A stretch of DNA of 63,301 nt, filler included, from Hyphochytrium catenoides (Eukaryota > Protista > Hyphochytriomycota): NCBI GenBank assembly GCA_900088475.1. It is 10 parts of 10 records of this genome, joined end to end, with 100 filler letters (N's around TTAATTAATTAA, not from the genome) between each part and the next. Parts side by side here need not be neighbours in the genome. Positions count along the whole stretch, not along the records: positions 9,613 to 19,505 come from FLMG01003715.1; positions 19,606 to 22,383 come from FLMG01004087.1; positions 22,484 to 24,840 come from FLMG01001340.1; positions 24,941 to 28,258 come from FLMG01000214.1; 6 more parts are not named here. One strand, 5' to 3'. Made by a program: the position numbers and the translations under genes. The notes below the pieces were generated by a model. The model saw only the letters and a program-made list of their open reading frames with translations, did no database searches and was not told where the DNA came from. Numbering within the stretch: position 1 is the stretch's first letter; each line of letters starts with the position of its first letter. This document shows positions 15,259 to 28,258 of this stretch, piece after piece.

Positions 15259-16067
15259 TTTGCCAGGTGCATCGACAAAAAGCAGAGGTGAGAACCTTGT
15301 TTGTACCCAAGTTTGTACCTGTAAATTAAGAGCAATCGTATATCTCATCTACCTTGATGCCTTGCTAATATATTACTCTGTCTCGGCGCAAATCAGTTGT
15401 TTTTCTATGATGAAGCCCAGCGGGAGAAAGTAACGATCTACATATGTGTTGAGACTGGCAGAATTAGAAGGGCCATAGTTAACCGAAAACAATGTCTGTG
15501 AGCTATAACTCTAGGCTTACATATAGGCAGAGGTCATTGGCCTGATATAGTAGTGATTGCCGATTGTAACCGTGCCAGTGATTTTCTATCTTGAAGTTGG
15601 AAGAGACCAAGAGGAAGAGGAAAAGATCTCCTTTCTCTGAATCTTTGTGCGAGAGAGAGAGAGAAAGGGGAAGAGAGAAGAGAAGAGACGAGAGAGAGCG
15701 AGAGAAAAGGGGAAGAAAGAGACAAGAGAAGAGAGAGAGAGAGGAAGACAGAGGGGGAGAGAGAGAGAGAGAGAGANNNNNNNNNNNNNNNNNNNNNNNN
15801 NNNNNGAGAGAGAGAGAGAGAAAGGAGGGAGAGAGAGAAGAGAGAAGAGAGAGAGAGAGAGAAAAGGAAGAGCTGAACGCGAGGGAGAGAAAGAGAGGAA
15901 GAGGAAAAAAAGCAGGAGAGAGAGAGAAGAGGGCGGAAGGAGAGAGAGAGCAGAGGGAAATGACGAAGAAACAGAGCTCGACGAAGAGTGGACTGCAGCT
16001 GACACCGTTTGGCAGTCAATAGACAGAGAAAGGACCAGTGTGCCTGTGCATGCGTGCTCTTCCTGTA

Positions 16068-16114
<47 letters not shown>

Positions 16115-16509
16115 CAACTCTCGGTGCATTCTATAAATTTCTATAGCCAGAGCATCTCAGCTTTCTCTCTTTCTCTCCTCGTCCTGAGATAACTCCTGTC
16201 TCTTCAGGGCAATTGGGTACTCTTTCTCTCTATCAATAGGAGAAACAAGGTGAAGACAAGAGAGAAGAAGAGAGCAAGAGAAGAGAGTCTCCGGGCATGT
16301 TTCTCAGCCGCTGTCGAGCCTGCAGTCCAGTTCTCTCTTCAGTCTCTTTCTCTCTCTCCTCTCCCTTCGGCACACGCGTGCCCCACTTTCTCTCTCCTCC
16401 ACGCTCGTCTCCGAGGACAACTTTGTTTTCTCTCTTCTCTTCCACCACGGACAGCTCAAAGAAAGAACAAGCCGAGAGAGAGAGAGTGAAGAGAGAGAGA
16501 GATATCATC

Positions 16510-16800
16510 ATGGAAGAAGACAGCAGTCATAACATTGACGCCCAGCGACGGATCCTACAGAGACGACGGACAAAAGCTGACATTGCCTTTTATTTCTCTT
16601 CCAAAGAGAGAAGAGAAAATGTGCAGACGCAGTTGGAGCTTCGTCTCGAGGATCTTCCCGCAGGAGAAGTGACTTGCATATGGATAAAGATAGTGGAAGA
16701 CTCCTTCGGAGCGCCCGTCAGGTAGGAAGCCTTCTCTCTCTCTTTCACGCTCTCTCTTCGTTTCTCGCTCTGTAAAACTCCCTCAGCTTTTCCGTTCTTG

Positions 16801-16831
<31 letters not shown>

Positions 16832-17541
16832 CTTCTCGGAAGTCATACCCACCCGAATCTCCTCCTCTCTCTTTCTCATTGAACTCTGTCCCTTGTTCCT
16901 GTCTCTCTTGTCTCTCTTTCTCTTGGGCCAGGGTCTCTCCCTCTTCTGCTCCTCCTCCCTCAGTCCCTGATCCTTGCTATCTTTTCCTCCGGAGGAACTC
17001 TGGTCTGGTACCTCTCTCTCTCTCTTTCGTTCTCTCTCTTCCTCCTCCTCCTTCTCTCTCTCCTCAGTCTGTTTTAACCCATGCCCCTTCGGTCGTGCCA
17101 GTAACGCTTCTCCTTGTGTTGTTTCACTTTTCTCCTTGCTTCTTGTTGTCTTTGCTTCGCTGATCTATCCAGCTCTCTCTCTCCTCTCTCTCTCTCTCTT
17201 TTCTTCTCTCTCGCTCTTTCCCCCAACGCTCCGCTTTGCTCTTTGCTGTCTGTAGTCCTCATACTGCGCTCGTCCCTCGTGAGTCACTCCGTATCCTGCC
17301 TCGGCGTCTAACCTCCCGCTCTCCCCGCTCTCTCTGTCTCCTTTCCTTCTCTCTTCACCTCTCGATTCTTGGCTCTCTCGCTCTCTCTCTCTCTTACCCT
17401 TTCTCACACTCGCGCTCTGTCTTTGTCCTGCCTTCTCTCTCTCTCTTCTTTCTCTTTCTCTGCTCGCTTTCTCTCATCTTTTCTCACACTTGCACTCTGT
17501 CTTTGTCCTGCCCTCTTTCTCTCTTTCTCTCTCTCTCTCTC

Positions 17542-17592
<51 letters not shown>

Positions 17593-18906
17593 CTTGCTCC
17601 GCCATCCCTACCCAGTGTTCCCGTCATGGTCGCCAAGGGCTCCAAGCCAGGTCCTATTTTCGGACTGACCGCTGCTCTTCACGGGAATGAGGTGTCGGGC
17701 ATTCCTATCATCCAGAAGATTTTCCATGACTTAGCGCCTTACACGTCCGAACTTAGAGGATCCATTGTGGCCGTCGTCTGCGTCAATAAATTCGGGTTTG
17801 AAACCTTCTCCAGGTTCTATCAGGACGGATCGGACCTCAATCGGGCCTTCCCTGGATCTTCAGGTGTGGCGCTCAGGGGAAAAGAGACTGTGGCACATTC
17901 ATTCCTCTCTGTGTCTTCTGTCATCGCTGTGTCTTCTTTCATTTATTTGCGCCTTCCGCTTATTGTCTGTTGTATCTCTTTCTCTCTCTCTCTCTCTCTC
18001 TCTGTGTCTTTCTCTTCGCTTCGTGTCGCCGCTTTCCTAGTTGTGGTGACATAAATGCCGTCTTTTAGTCGTGTCTCTCTTCACCGCTCACTGCTCAAGA
18101 TCTACCTCCTAACCAGGGTCTCTATACCTCCTTTTCCTCTCTTACGCTTTGATATTCTCTCCCCTGGCCAATCCACTTCTTTCTCTGTATCCTCTCTCCC
18201 TCTCTCTCCTTCTCTTCCCCAAGATGGGCCAAGATCCAACCAGTTCGCCCATCACTTTATGGAGAAAATCATCAAGAAATTCGACTATCTGGTTGATCTC
18301 CACACTGCAAGCTTCGGGCGCATGAACTCTTTCTACGTCAGAGCAGAGATGACAGACCCAAAAATAGCGCGGATGGCGCGCCTTATCAGGCCCACGATCA
18401 TTGTCCATAATCCTGGTAGAGGAGGAGACGGAGGCAGTGGCACGCTGAGAGCGGCGGCAATGGCACTGGGGATCAAGTCTCTTTGTATAGAGATTGGAGA
18501 TCCATTGGTCTTTCAGACAAACCTCATCGTGGACACTTATATGGGCATTGCCAGAGTGATTGATGATCTCGATATGCTCAACATTCCTGAAGCAAGAGAG
18601 AAAGACCGACGCCCTGATCCTGTGATCTGCAAGAAATCCTACTGGATGCACACAGACAGAGGTGGAATCCTAGTGGTGACGCCTGAAGTTGGCCAGCGTG
18701 TGAAGAAAGGCGATTTTATCGGGAGCGTGGTCGACATTTTTGGATTTATTCATCGGGAATTTGAAGCTCCAGAATCGGGAATTGTTATCGGCAAATCTTC
18801 AAATCCAAGCAACCGTCAGGGCGACCGCGTGGTGCACCTGGGGGTTATCTGCAAGGAGGAGGAGATGAATGAAGATGGGACGATAAAGATGCCGGAGAAG
18901 AACTGA
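16510..18906 (+). CDS. Succinylglutamate desuccinylase/aspartoacylase (AstE/AspA, M14-like) family zinc hydrolase, 3 exons
   Basis: Phase-compatible exons 16510-16721, 17616-17863 and 18224-18906. Motifs AALHGNE, DLNRAFPG, DLHT, EIG, and a C-terminal barrel-sandwich (GQRVKKGD..G.VVDIFG). Confidence 0.9.
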
Positions 18907-18920
18907 GAGGAGAGAGCGAA

Positions 18921-18999
<79 letters not shown>

Positions 19000-19699
19000 T
19001 TGACAGAGAAGGGTGAGACTGAGAAAGGAGAGAAAGAGAGATAGCAGAAGGGAAGAGAGCAGGGATAAAACCTTGAGAGAGAGAGGACCCCGCTTCGCCT
19101 CTGTTGCTGCCTCTTGTCCTTTCAGGATAGCTCCGTCTCTTCTTGATTGACTCTTTTTCTGGTTTTGCCTCTCTCTCTGGTTTTGTCTCTCTGTGTTTGT
19201 CTCTCTCTCTGTCTCTTCCTAGACGGGTGTCCTTCTCTTTTCTTGGTAACATCTTATATTCTCTCGTTGCATCTCTCTTTCTATTTCTGTCCTCCCCGGT
19301 ACACTTGAGCCCTTCGAGAGTCTACGTCCTTAATCCCTATCTCTCTCTCTCTTCTTTTGGTCTCGGTCTCTTTTCTCTTTCTCTCTTCCCCTTCTCTAGG
19401 GAAAGGTAGGCCTCTCCATTAGTTTGCGCACCGGGGCCCTCTAATAATGTGAAGGCGCATTAGTCGTTGCTTTATTTCCTCCGCGTTTTCTCCAGCAGGC
19501 TCGCANNNNNNNNNNNNNNNNNNNNNNNNNNNNNNNNNNNNNNNNNNNNTTAATTAATTAANNNNNNNNNNNNNNNNNNNNNNNNNNNNNNNNNNNNNNN
19601 NNNNNGACTGTATCCTGAGGTAAATTGCTGTGCAGGTGTCGGATATTAAAAAAGAACGAGCGAGTCAGCAGATTGTATATTTACTGCGTAGGCGCTTGT

Positions 19700-20650
19700 T
19701 ACGAGGGCTCTACATGGTGGGTCCTAGTTTGGCAGATGACTGCGCCGAAACATATCTGATGACTTTGGTCGGAGGAGTACGTCTGTGACCCTCTGGCGTT
19801 GCTTCGCATGCAGCATGCCATCCATGGCCATTCCAAGGCCTATCGGCCATCAATCAATCAATCTCACTTGCAGTTTTTGCATTGAACTTCTTGCTAGGTG
19901 TGATACAGTTGTGCATTGTATGCTGGCTCTGTTCCTACCATTGTGTGGCTGATGATCGTCGAGTTTGACCAGAGAAGCGATTTGATGAGTGGATATCCCT
20001 GTCTCAGATAGGGCCATTAGGATCCTTCATGCCTTCTTGACGATGAAAGACGACTTCGAAAGGAGCAACCGAAGGATGAGGTCATTAGAATATCCGACGT
20101 CGTCCGTTAAGTAAGAAGCACAACGTTCAACAAACTAAACTCGAAGGATGGAAACACTGGCTCTCTTGTCCTCCTAGGTCACTTTCTTAGTGGTCCAACG
20201 CCGGACATCCTCTGTGATCCACCAGCAACAACTCACAGCGCCACAACGCTCGCGATGATGCCCGTTCTCCATCCCCGCTGTCCTCCTTACGCCCTTCCTC
20301 TGCCCGCCGCCCGCAGTCCTAGCAGACGCGTACGACTGTACGATGACCAGCCAGCAGCCGAACGGTGCAGTGTTGGGAGGAATAAACAACAGCAGCAATT
20401 CATAGACTTTTTCTCCATGCAATTTAGTCTTTGCCTCACTTGTGATGAGCCTTTCTTCAGTTCGTTACATCCTTCCCAGAGGAAGCCGTTCAGATAGGCG
20501 TTAGATGCGCTCTCGACAGGATCTTGAGATGGATCTGGTGCGCTTTTCTGATGCTCCTGGCGCTTGGCGTTCTCCAGAAGTTTAAAGCGGGAGATGAGGA
20601 AAGAGGAGAGAGCATTGTTCCTCGAGAAGAAGTGATCGAGTGTCACACTG
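19700..20650 (-). CDS. Hypothetical spliced gene fragment, divergent from the acyl-CoA dehydrogenase
   Basis: Exon-like segment ~20440-20648 bounded by AG/GT (VTLDHFFSRNNALSSFLISRFKLLENAKRQE...LWEGCNELKKGSSQ) plus possible downstream exons. No family recognised. Confidence 0.3.
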
Positions 20651-21018
20651 CAAGAGTACGAGTAGGAAGCCAGCGTCTCTCTCCCCTATTGGCCCTCTGG
20701 TTGTGATCAGTGAGATCACGGCACAAGATTGCGTGCCGTCTCTTAGAGGAGCTAGCCCTGTTTGGCCGTGGCGGCACAGCAAACGCAACGATACTCTGGT
20801 TCTATATACGATAGACTGACACCAGCAGAGAATCAGGAGACAGGAAGCTGTAGATCAACCTAATAGGACTCTTCGGCGGTGAGTGGCAGGAAGAGCGACA
20901 GACGCCCCCGGGCGCGACAGAGGTTCTCAGGACACCATGCACTTAAACTTGCCAATACCCCTATCATCGTCGAGTACTAATGATCTTGCTATCTTTTTCC
21001 TGACCATCAAGAGCAGAG

Positions 21019-22257
21019 ATGCAGAGCATCAGACGAACTCTACTCCGCAATGGCGGCGTACCAAGGACAACCTCATGCTTCTCTTTGGCTAGCCAGCAGC
21101 CCCTACGCGCGGGTACCACCATACCGCAGTTATCATAGCCCTGTGTCTGATTTTCTCACACTTCTTTGTAGCTTCCTCGTCCGCAACCGGAGCAGCGCCC
21201 GACGCCTTTGCAAACCTGCGTGATCTTAAGTTCATGCTCCACGAGGTCTGAGGCATTTGCCTTCCTGTCCCTCAGCTCACAACTCACCGCTTCGTTCGCG
21301 CTGACAGGTCTTAAATGTTGGGCAACTACTGAAGCATGACTACTACAAGGAGCATACGAAAGAGACCATTGATACAGCGCTGGAGACTGCTGTTACCATT
21401 GCCACGCAAAAGTTTGCTCCTCACAACCGGCTTAATGACATTGAGGAGCCCCAGTTCAACCCAAGCACCAACTCTGCTGTCGTCAACAAGGAGGTATCTT
21501 CCTGACCTGTCTCAGCATCGTTTCCATTCTACCATCTTTTTCTTTGGTTACAAATACACGATGCGGGAAGTCTTTCGTCTGCTGGTGTGCCTCCCTTCGC
21601 CTCTCTATGCCGAAGGTGCCCCTTTCCGGATGGCCCTTGATCCTTCGCCTCGATTGGCATGCTTATTATGAGGGTGTGCCCTTCCCCTCTTTCCATGTCT
21701 GCGAATTCGTACGGACAGTATTTTAGATTTTGCGGTGTCATCTTTAGAGTTATGCCGGTACTATAGCTGTTGCTATCACCCTTCCCACTTTACCCTCTTC
21801 TCTAGGTCCAGGAGGCCCTCAAGGACTATTTTGAAGCTGGATTTGGTGCTGTTGGTTTTGACCATGAAGTTGGCGGGATGCAGTTCCCCCTGACTGTCAC
21901 CAATGCGTTGTTCCTTCCTTTCTTTGCTGCGAATGTGGGAACTACGGCCTATGCCCTACTAACTGCGGCAGCCGGAAATCTGTTGAGGTAGGCCTATGCC
22001 TTAGACTTGTGGTTCTAGGGTGTCGGAAGATAGGTAAAGAGTAATAGATACGTGAGAAGCAGCGATGCTGATCTAGAAGAGGTTGTGCACCTAACTGAAG
22101 TTTGCCTCCTACGTCTCTGCGCACATAACAACACACCCTCTTGTCTCTAGAGTCTATGCCAAACCTTCACAGCAAGAGATGTATCTGAAGCCGATGTTAG
22201 AAGGAAGATTCTTTGGCACGATGAACCTCTCAGAACCTCATGCTGGAAGCTCACTCG
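21019..22257 (+). CDS. Acyl-CoA dehydrogenase, bacterial long type (FadE5/DmdC-like N-terminus) with putative mitochondrial presequence; 3'-truncated
   Basis: Spliced product MQSIRRTLLRNGGVPR...NLRDLKFMLHEVL...KFAPHNRLNDIEEPQF...GGMQFP...YLKPMLEGRFFGTMNLSEPHAGSSL, 5 exons. Confidence 0.88.
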
Positions 22258-24051
22258 GTAGAGGATACTTGTCTCTCCTCTCTGAGTCTCTTGGGTCTTA
22301 AAAAGCTTCGGACGACGGGACCTCTTGTCTAGCCCTCGTGGCTTCTCTCTCTCGTTTGGACCTCTTTTTGGAGATTCTGTATCNNNNNNNNNNNNNNNNN
22401 NNNNNNNNNNNNNNNNNNNNNNNNNNNTTAATTAATTAANNNNNNNNNNNNNNNNNNNNNNNNNNNNNNNNNNNNNNNNNNNNCAATTAAACTCTTTGTC
22501 AGGCAATGACGATCGGGAAGTGTATATATGTCCTCTCTATAATAATCTTTATATCGCTTAGTTTTTTTGGATTGACTCTCCGCTAGCCCTCCTAACTGGT
22601 AGTAGAAGCAATCTAACCTCATGGAGCAAGAAGGAAAGATATCTTATTCTTCCTGCTGTCACGATTCCTTTCAACACGGCTTTCAACTGTATATGGGTGG
22701 TGGCGACGATAGGTGTGGTGAGCTGCAAGTTATACGCCTGTATGCCACCACCATCACTCTCTTCTTTGTCCCTAGCATTACTCGGTAGGGGGAATGCGTG
22801 GCGGAGAGACGAAGTGAGACAGTAACATGATACCACAACCTTAATGACCAGGAGCTCTCTTTTCGAAGTAATCACCTTACCAGCGGCCATCATGACGCGG
22901 TCGGCTACCATCTTGGATGTTTGTTCCTCATGTCAGCAGGCACAACGTGGCTCTCTTCCTCACTATTATAAAGATTAATGAGAGACTGTATCATCTCCTT
23001 CCTTCCTTCTTTCTCCTCTGTTCCTAATGATGATGCCAAGAACAGCATCAACAAGCGGATGATGAAGATAATAATAATAGAAGCTAGCTGGGACCAGGAC
23101 AACTAGTTCGCGGATGCTGCTGCTGCCTCATCATCGTCGTGAACTGGATTGAGTAGGGAGGAGGATATTCTGACATGGACATTGTCGTCTTCCTCGTCCT
23201 AAGAAAGCCCTGGCCCAAGATCGATCTAGTCCTCATCCCCTTGGCTTCAACCTATGACGACCTCCTCCTCTATCGACCACACTTCTTCTCTTCTTCTTCT
23301 TCTCCCCTTCTTTCTTTCATCCTCCTTCATGCCCCTCCTATTCTTATACCTGATAAACATACATTGTGCGTTGTAGTTGCACACTTACTTTACTATGAGA
23401 AAGAGCAAGATGTATGAATGATGCGTGAACCGAAAGTTCCTGTTATTTTCTGTGATGGGCGTTGAAGGTTGAAGGGCGGTCTTTGGCCCTTCAGTTCCTT
23501 GTGCTACTGAGACTGTGAGACTGAGACTACGGGTCTGAGGAGCGATGATTGATAATGGGTTGACCTGCTGCCTGCTGCTGTCTATAGCTGCCTGACTGCT
23601 CTTGGTACGAAAAGAGAACAGACAATGATGATGCTTGATGCCATCATGAGAACGGCTGTCCTCATCAGAGGCGGAGGGCTTGCAGCTAGCCTTCTTCTTG
23701 GCTGGCTCATGAGAAGGTTGGTCCACGCCACAGCTTAGCTTTTATTATAGTACCTACTAGCAGGAAGACAGTGATTTTCCTTGCTTCTTTCCTCCTCCTC
23801 AACCTGCGGTGCAAGAGCCTCATCCTACCTTGGAAGATCCACTCCATTGTTCCTGCTCCCTCTCACCACCCAACGCCACACAAGATACGAAGCAATGCAG
23901 CCCTTGGCCTTGTCAGAACTCTGTCTCTTCAGTGTCAACTGTTCCATTGAAACAAGTGGTGCAGACCCGTCATTCTTCCAGAGCAAGAAATGTAAGGGCT
24001 GCACAGCATTCCTCTTTAACCCAATCTTGGCGCGCCGCAGCACATCGTCCT

Positions 24052-24090
24052 CACTACCATTGTGCCTAAAACTACCATTGTGCCTAAAAA
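24052..24090. repeat. 18-bp tandem duplication (actaccattgtgcctaaa x2)
   Basis: Direct repeat visible; encodes FRHNGS twice in the minus-strand ORF 23825-24175. Confidence 0.8.
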
Positions 24091-24940
24091 GTGTACGCGT
24101 ATTGGGTAACGCAAGCTTGGCTTGATTCGTCCTCCTTCTATACTGAACTAATGATGCTGCTTCTTCTTTCTTCACAGCCCATCATACCACTCGTATTAGT
24201 AGAGATCGACGGCGGCGAACCCTATAGGACTACGCTTTGCTAATAATGGTTGGCTCCTCTATCTGCCTATTAATTAGAGTTGCTTCGCTTATGACACTCT
24301 TCTCCACTATCCCTCTTCTTCCCTCCGCCACCGCTAAGTGAATGACGACACTCTTTCTTATCTTTCGTGAGATAGTAAAGAGACGATTCTAAGTGTCTCG
24401 ACATCATTCGCTGTGTCTCTACTCTTTTTAGAACTCTTAGTCAGCCTCCTCATGGTGCCTTGTGTGACCCCTTAATCCCGACGGCTCGCTCTTGTTGATC
24501 TCTAACACTTCCCTGCTTATGCCCTACTACGGCTTCCTTGGCCTCTGTGCATTATACAGTCTTCAACTACTAGGGCACAAGAACTCGCTAGTCTTTATCT
24601 CTATACCTCATCGGGCTCCAAGAAGGCGATAGAGATTCAGGAACGACAAGTCCTTCACCGACTCAAGATCAAAGAGTTTTTTGATCCCTGCGGCACCCTC
24701 TTAGGTGGGACAAAGCCTCAGAATGCAGGAGAAAGATTAAGCAGCAGTTCCTCTTCTGACCGGGTCGCCGCCTTGCTTTTGGAGTTTGGCTGCGGACAGG
24801 TCAGCAGCAGCTTAGCGGCTTATTATTTACACCGGCTTTTNNNNNNNNNNNNNNNNNNNNNNNNNNNNNNNNNNNNNNNNNNNNTTAATTAATTAANNNN
24901 NNNNNNNNNNNNNNNNNNNNNNNNNNNNNNNNNNNNNNNN

Positions 24941-27143
24941 TCTCAGTCACTAGGGCGGATGGGTATGAGAGACTATCCACGAAAGGCTTTGAGGACCCTT
25001 CCAAATATATACTGCTAGCACCTGCGAGGGAAAGGGCATACGAAGTACTTGACAGAGGACGACCCTATGCATTCAAAGCAAAGCAAACGCTATGGACCAG
25101 GCGTACAGAGATGACCACGCAGTTACTAAGGTTGGCGAGTCAGACACGTACAGTGATAACCAGCTGATTTTGCACTGGCCTCATGACATTCCGCTCATCG
25201 ACCGGGGCTAGAGCGAGGCGATAGCTGGAGAAGTGCCGGAGTTGATACGCTTCGCCTAAACGGGAGAGAAGAGATTTAACAGAGGGCCAACAACAGAAGA
25301 ACTATAGTCTCCCCATTGAGAGCCGTACCAGACACTAGAATGGAGTTCTTGAAGAGCTTTCTGAAGTCTGCAACCGAGGGATGTGAAAGCTCGGGAAGCT
25401 TTCCAGCAGAGTCAAGGCAAAAGAGGTCGTCAGCAGCTGAGCTCTACGGCCAGCACACAAGCTGGTTGATTGACACTATCGCTACTCAGAGCTCACGTAC
25501 CATGGGAATGCAGCCGATAAGTGGCACGTCCCATCGTTTGAGAGCCTTTTTGTAATAGTGACTGATCATTTCCACCTTATCGGGCTGAACTTTGTTCAGG
25601 ATCACACCCTGGGTAACCAGATGGGTGTTAGATGGCTCCTCGATGCAACCACATCTGCTCTCCCGATCTAACGAGTCCAGCTGCTTCCACAACGCTCTTT
25701 TGTTTCCAACGCTGTTTTGATTCCAAACAGCGCATCCGCAACGGCGATGAGAGGACCAGGGTATTGCTCACCTTCAACCGCACATTATGGCGGAGAAGCA
25801 TTTCTCTGCTAAGTGCCAACTCATCAAACGAAGAACCCAAGCCTCCTAGCGCAATGATAACCACATCCAAGTTGCAGATCTCTTCAGAGTTAAGGTTGAG
25901 CGCACATAGTTAGCATTCCGGTCGGCAACCAAAGGGACAATCATACGAAGCAAAGGGTCGGGGTGGCCGTTGCAGGAGAGCATGTTGAGTCGCATAAAGT
26001 AGGGGCAAACGAAATAAGAGCCAGCCCAATAGGGAGACGGACAGGAGAGAGACGATCTAACAAAGATGGGCACGGAGAGCTAGGAGCCAGTTTACTACTC
26101 GATGCGCTTGAAGACGATAATCCGGTCCAAGGCCTACGGACCTGCTACTTGAGCGTTGTTTATGTCACAGATTGTGCCAACTCCGGTATGCCCAGTCCCT
26201 TCTGCAAGGACAAAGTCGCTCTGGGCGTTGAGTCTCTCGTATGCTTCCCCCACCCGTCTCTTGAGCTGCTCCGATGTTACCTAGGCGTAATGGTTGTACG
26301 AAGAGTGAAGAGAGAACGAGCAGACATGATAACAAGGAGCATCATCAGAGCCCATAAGCGCCTAGAGAGGACAACCTATCGCCCGTTGCAGAGCAGGTAG
26401 GTAACGCACCACGCTAAGAAGGTAGAAGGGTCAATATAAGCAGAGGAAGAGGGAGGAAGGTTTAACTCGAGGGAAGGATGGAGAAGCGGAAGGCTTCACG
26501 CAAGGACGAGAGAAGGCCGGCCAAACAGAGGAACTCAATAATTGAAGAGGCATATTGCGCCACCATGGCCCATCTCTTCTTTCCCATAGTCCCCTGCTTT
26601 GCTACCTTTCCGTCTAAAAAGTCTCGGGTGAAGCCTCTTGGGAAGATAACAGGCGACATGTCCTTATAGTCGTGCTGAAGCTTGAAGAAGTCCTTGAAGA
26701 CGTATGTGTCTTTATCCACCTGAAGGCCATTGCCCACATCGATGTGCTGCTGGCCCACAGGCTTACAATACGCCAACACCTTTCCTTCCTCCTTAAATAG
26801 CTTCAGGACGCCGTTCACTATGCCTAGACAGGAAGTTGTTTTACCTGTCATAGAGAACTTAGCAAACAGAGCACAGGTAGGGGAAGTAATCTTTTAAAGA
26901 CGCTTGGCACGAGGAGGTAGTTGCCAGAAAGGGCGAGAGAGCGAAGTAGGGGGAAAGAGAAGAGAGAAGAAGAAAGGAGAGAGAGACCACGAGAAAGAAA
27001 AGAGAAGCGCAAGAAATCTACTGACAGGACAGGCTGGAGCAACCCCAATGAGGAAGAAGAGCTGAAAGGCCAGTACGGAAGAGATACATACCAACGTGTT
27101 GACCGGTCGCAGCTATAAGGACATGTCTCTTGCCCACCCTCAT
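24941..27143 (-). CDS. BioD-like P-loop (AAA_26) + DRTGG-type protein, similar to the phosphate acetyltransferase N-terminal region; 3'-truncated
   Basis: Spliced MRVGKRHVLIAATGQHV|GKTTSCLG, YCKPVGQ, DKD..VFK, EGTGHTGVG, GGLGSSFDELAL, GVILNKV..DK, WDVPLIGCIP. A longer N-terminus is possible. Confidence 0.85.
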
Positions 27144-28100
27144 CTTGTACCCTTGAAGCCCAAAGACGTCAAATAGCAAGGCCCTACTGCAAAGGCCACC
27201 GCCACACTGATTATTTTAGCTGGTCAGTATGAGGCTGGAAGCAAAGGCTTGGTTGCTGCAAGGAGCCTAGACGGAGAATTGCTGCCGGTCACACTTTTTG
27301 GAGGAGAGAAAGCTGTGAACTCCGTGGGTCGGTTGCTAAGCGAAGGAGTACTTAGAGGAGACAAGCTCCTTTACGCCCACTCCATTCACTCTTTAGTCGC
27401 TTAGCCTCAGTGGTCGGGTGCGGCTGACCTCGCTGGATGTTGGCAATGACAATGGGCAAGCCGCGGACAGTTAAGCAAGGTCGCTTGAGGTTGTGGAGCG
27501 TGCAATGGAGCTTGAGAGCATGCAGACAGCTCGAGAGTAGCAAGATGCAAAGACGGTGAAGGCGAGGTGCCGCCGTGCTTGAGCTTTGAGCTTTGCAGCT
27601 TGAAGACGAAGATTCAGCAGCAGCAGAAACCATGGAAAGGCAAAAACAACGCTCCCTCCCGGGGGAGCCCTGCACGCCACTATGCCACATTGCGACATTT
27701 ATAGGATTGCAGCCAACCTTAATCATCTGGTTCCTCCACAGACTCAATCACCTGCGAAATACATAGATGATACAGGCAAGGTGAAGAGCCAGCGTTTATT
27801 TGAATGCGTCAATTGTAGGTCCTGGCCGTGTTTTGACTGTAATTGACTGAGGGGATTGGAGATCTTCATCAGGGGCTGGCTGGGTCTTCACAGCCTGGAG
27901 AGTAACCAATAATTAGCCAGTGCTCCGTCATCCCCTCGTCTGTACAGCCTTTGATGTCCGACAGCTGACTGCTCTCAGCCCTCTACGACTTGGAAACTTT
28001 TAGAGCAGCTGGAGCTCTCTTTATAACGGAGAAGTAGGAGGCTCGTCTACATATCTATCAGGCGTGACTGTGAGGGCTGAAGGTATTCAAGGCGGCAGCT

Positions 28101-28258
28101 ATGACGAATTCTTTACTTGTCGAGGATGTTGCAGGGAACCATGAAGTGATGCCTGATGCGGAGAATGTGGCAACAGCAGTCAGTGTGGGTGGCGGATGGG
28201 AAGGGCAGGTTGGAGCGATCATATTTGATTTGGATGGCACATTAGTGGACAGTGAGCC
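28101..28258 (+). CDS. HAD-superfamily hydrolase, N-terminal fragment (truncated by linker)
   Basis: AIIFDLDGTLVDSE = HAD motif I. Confidence 0.8.
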
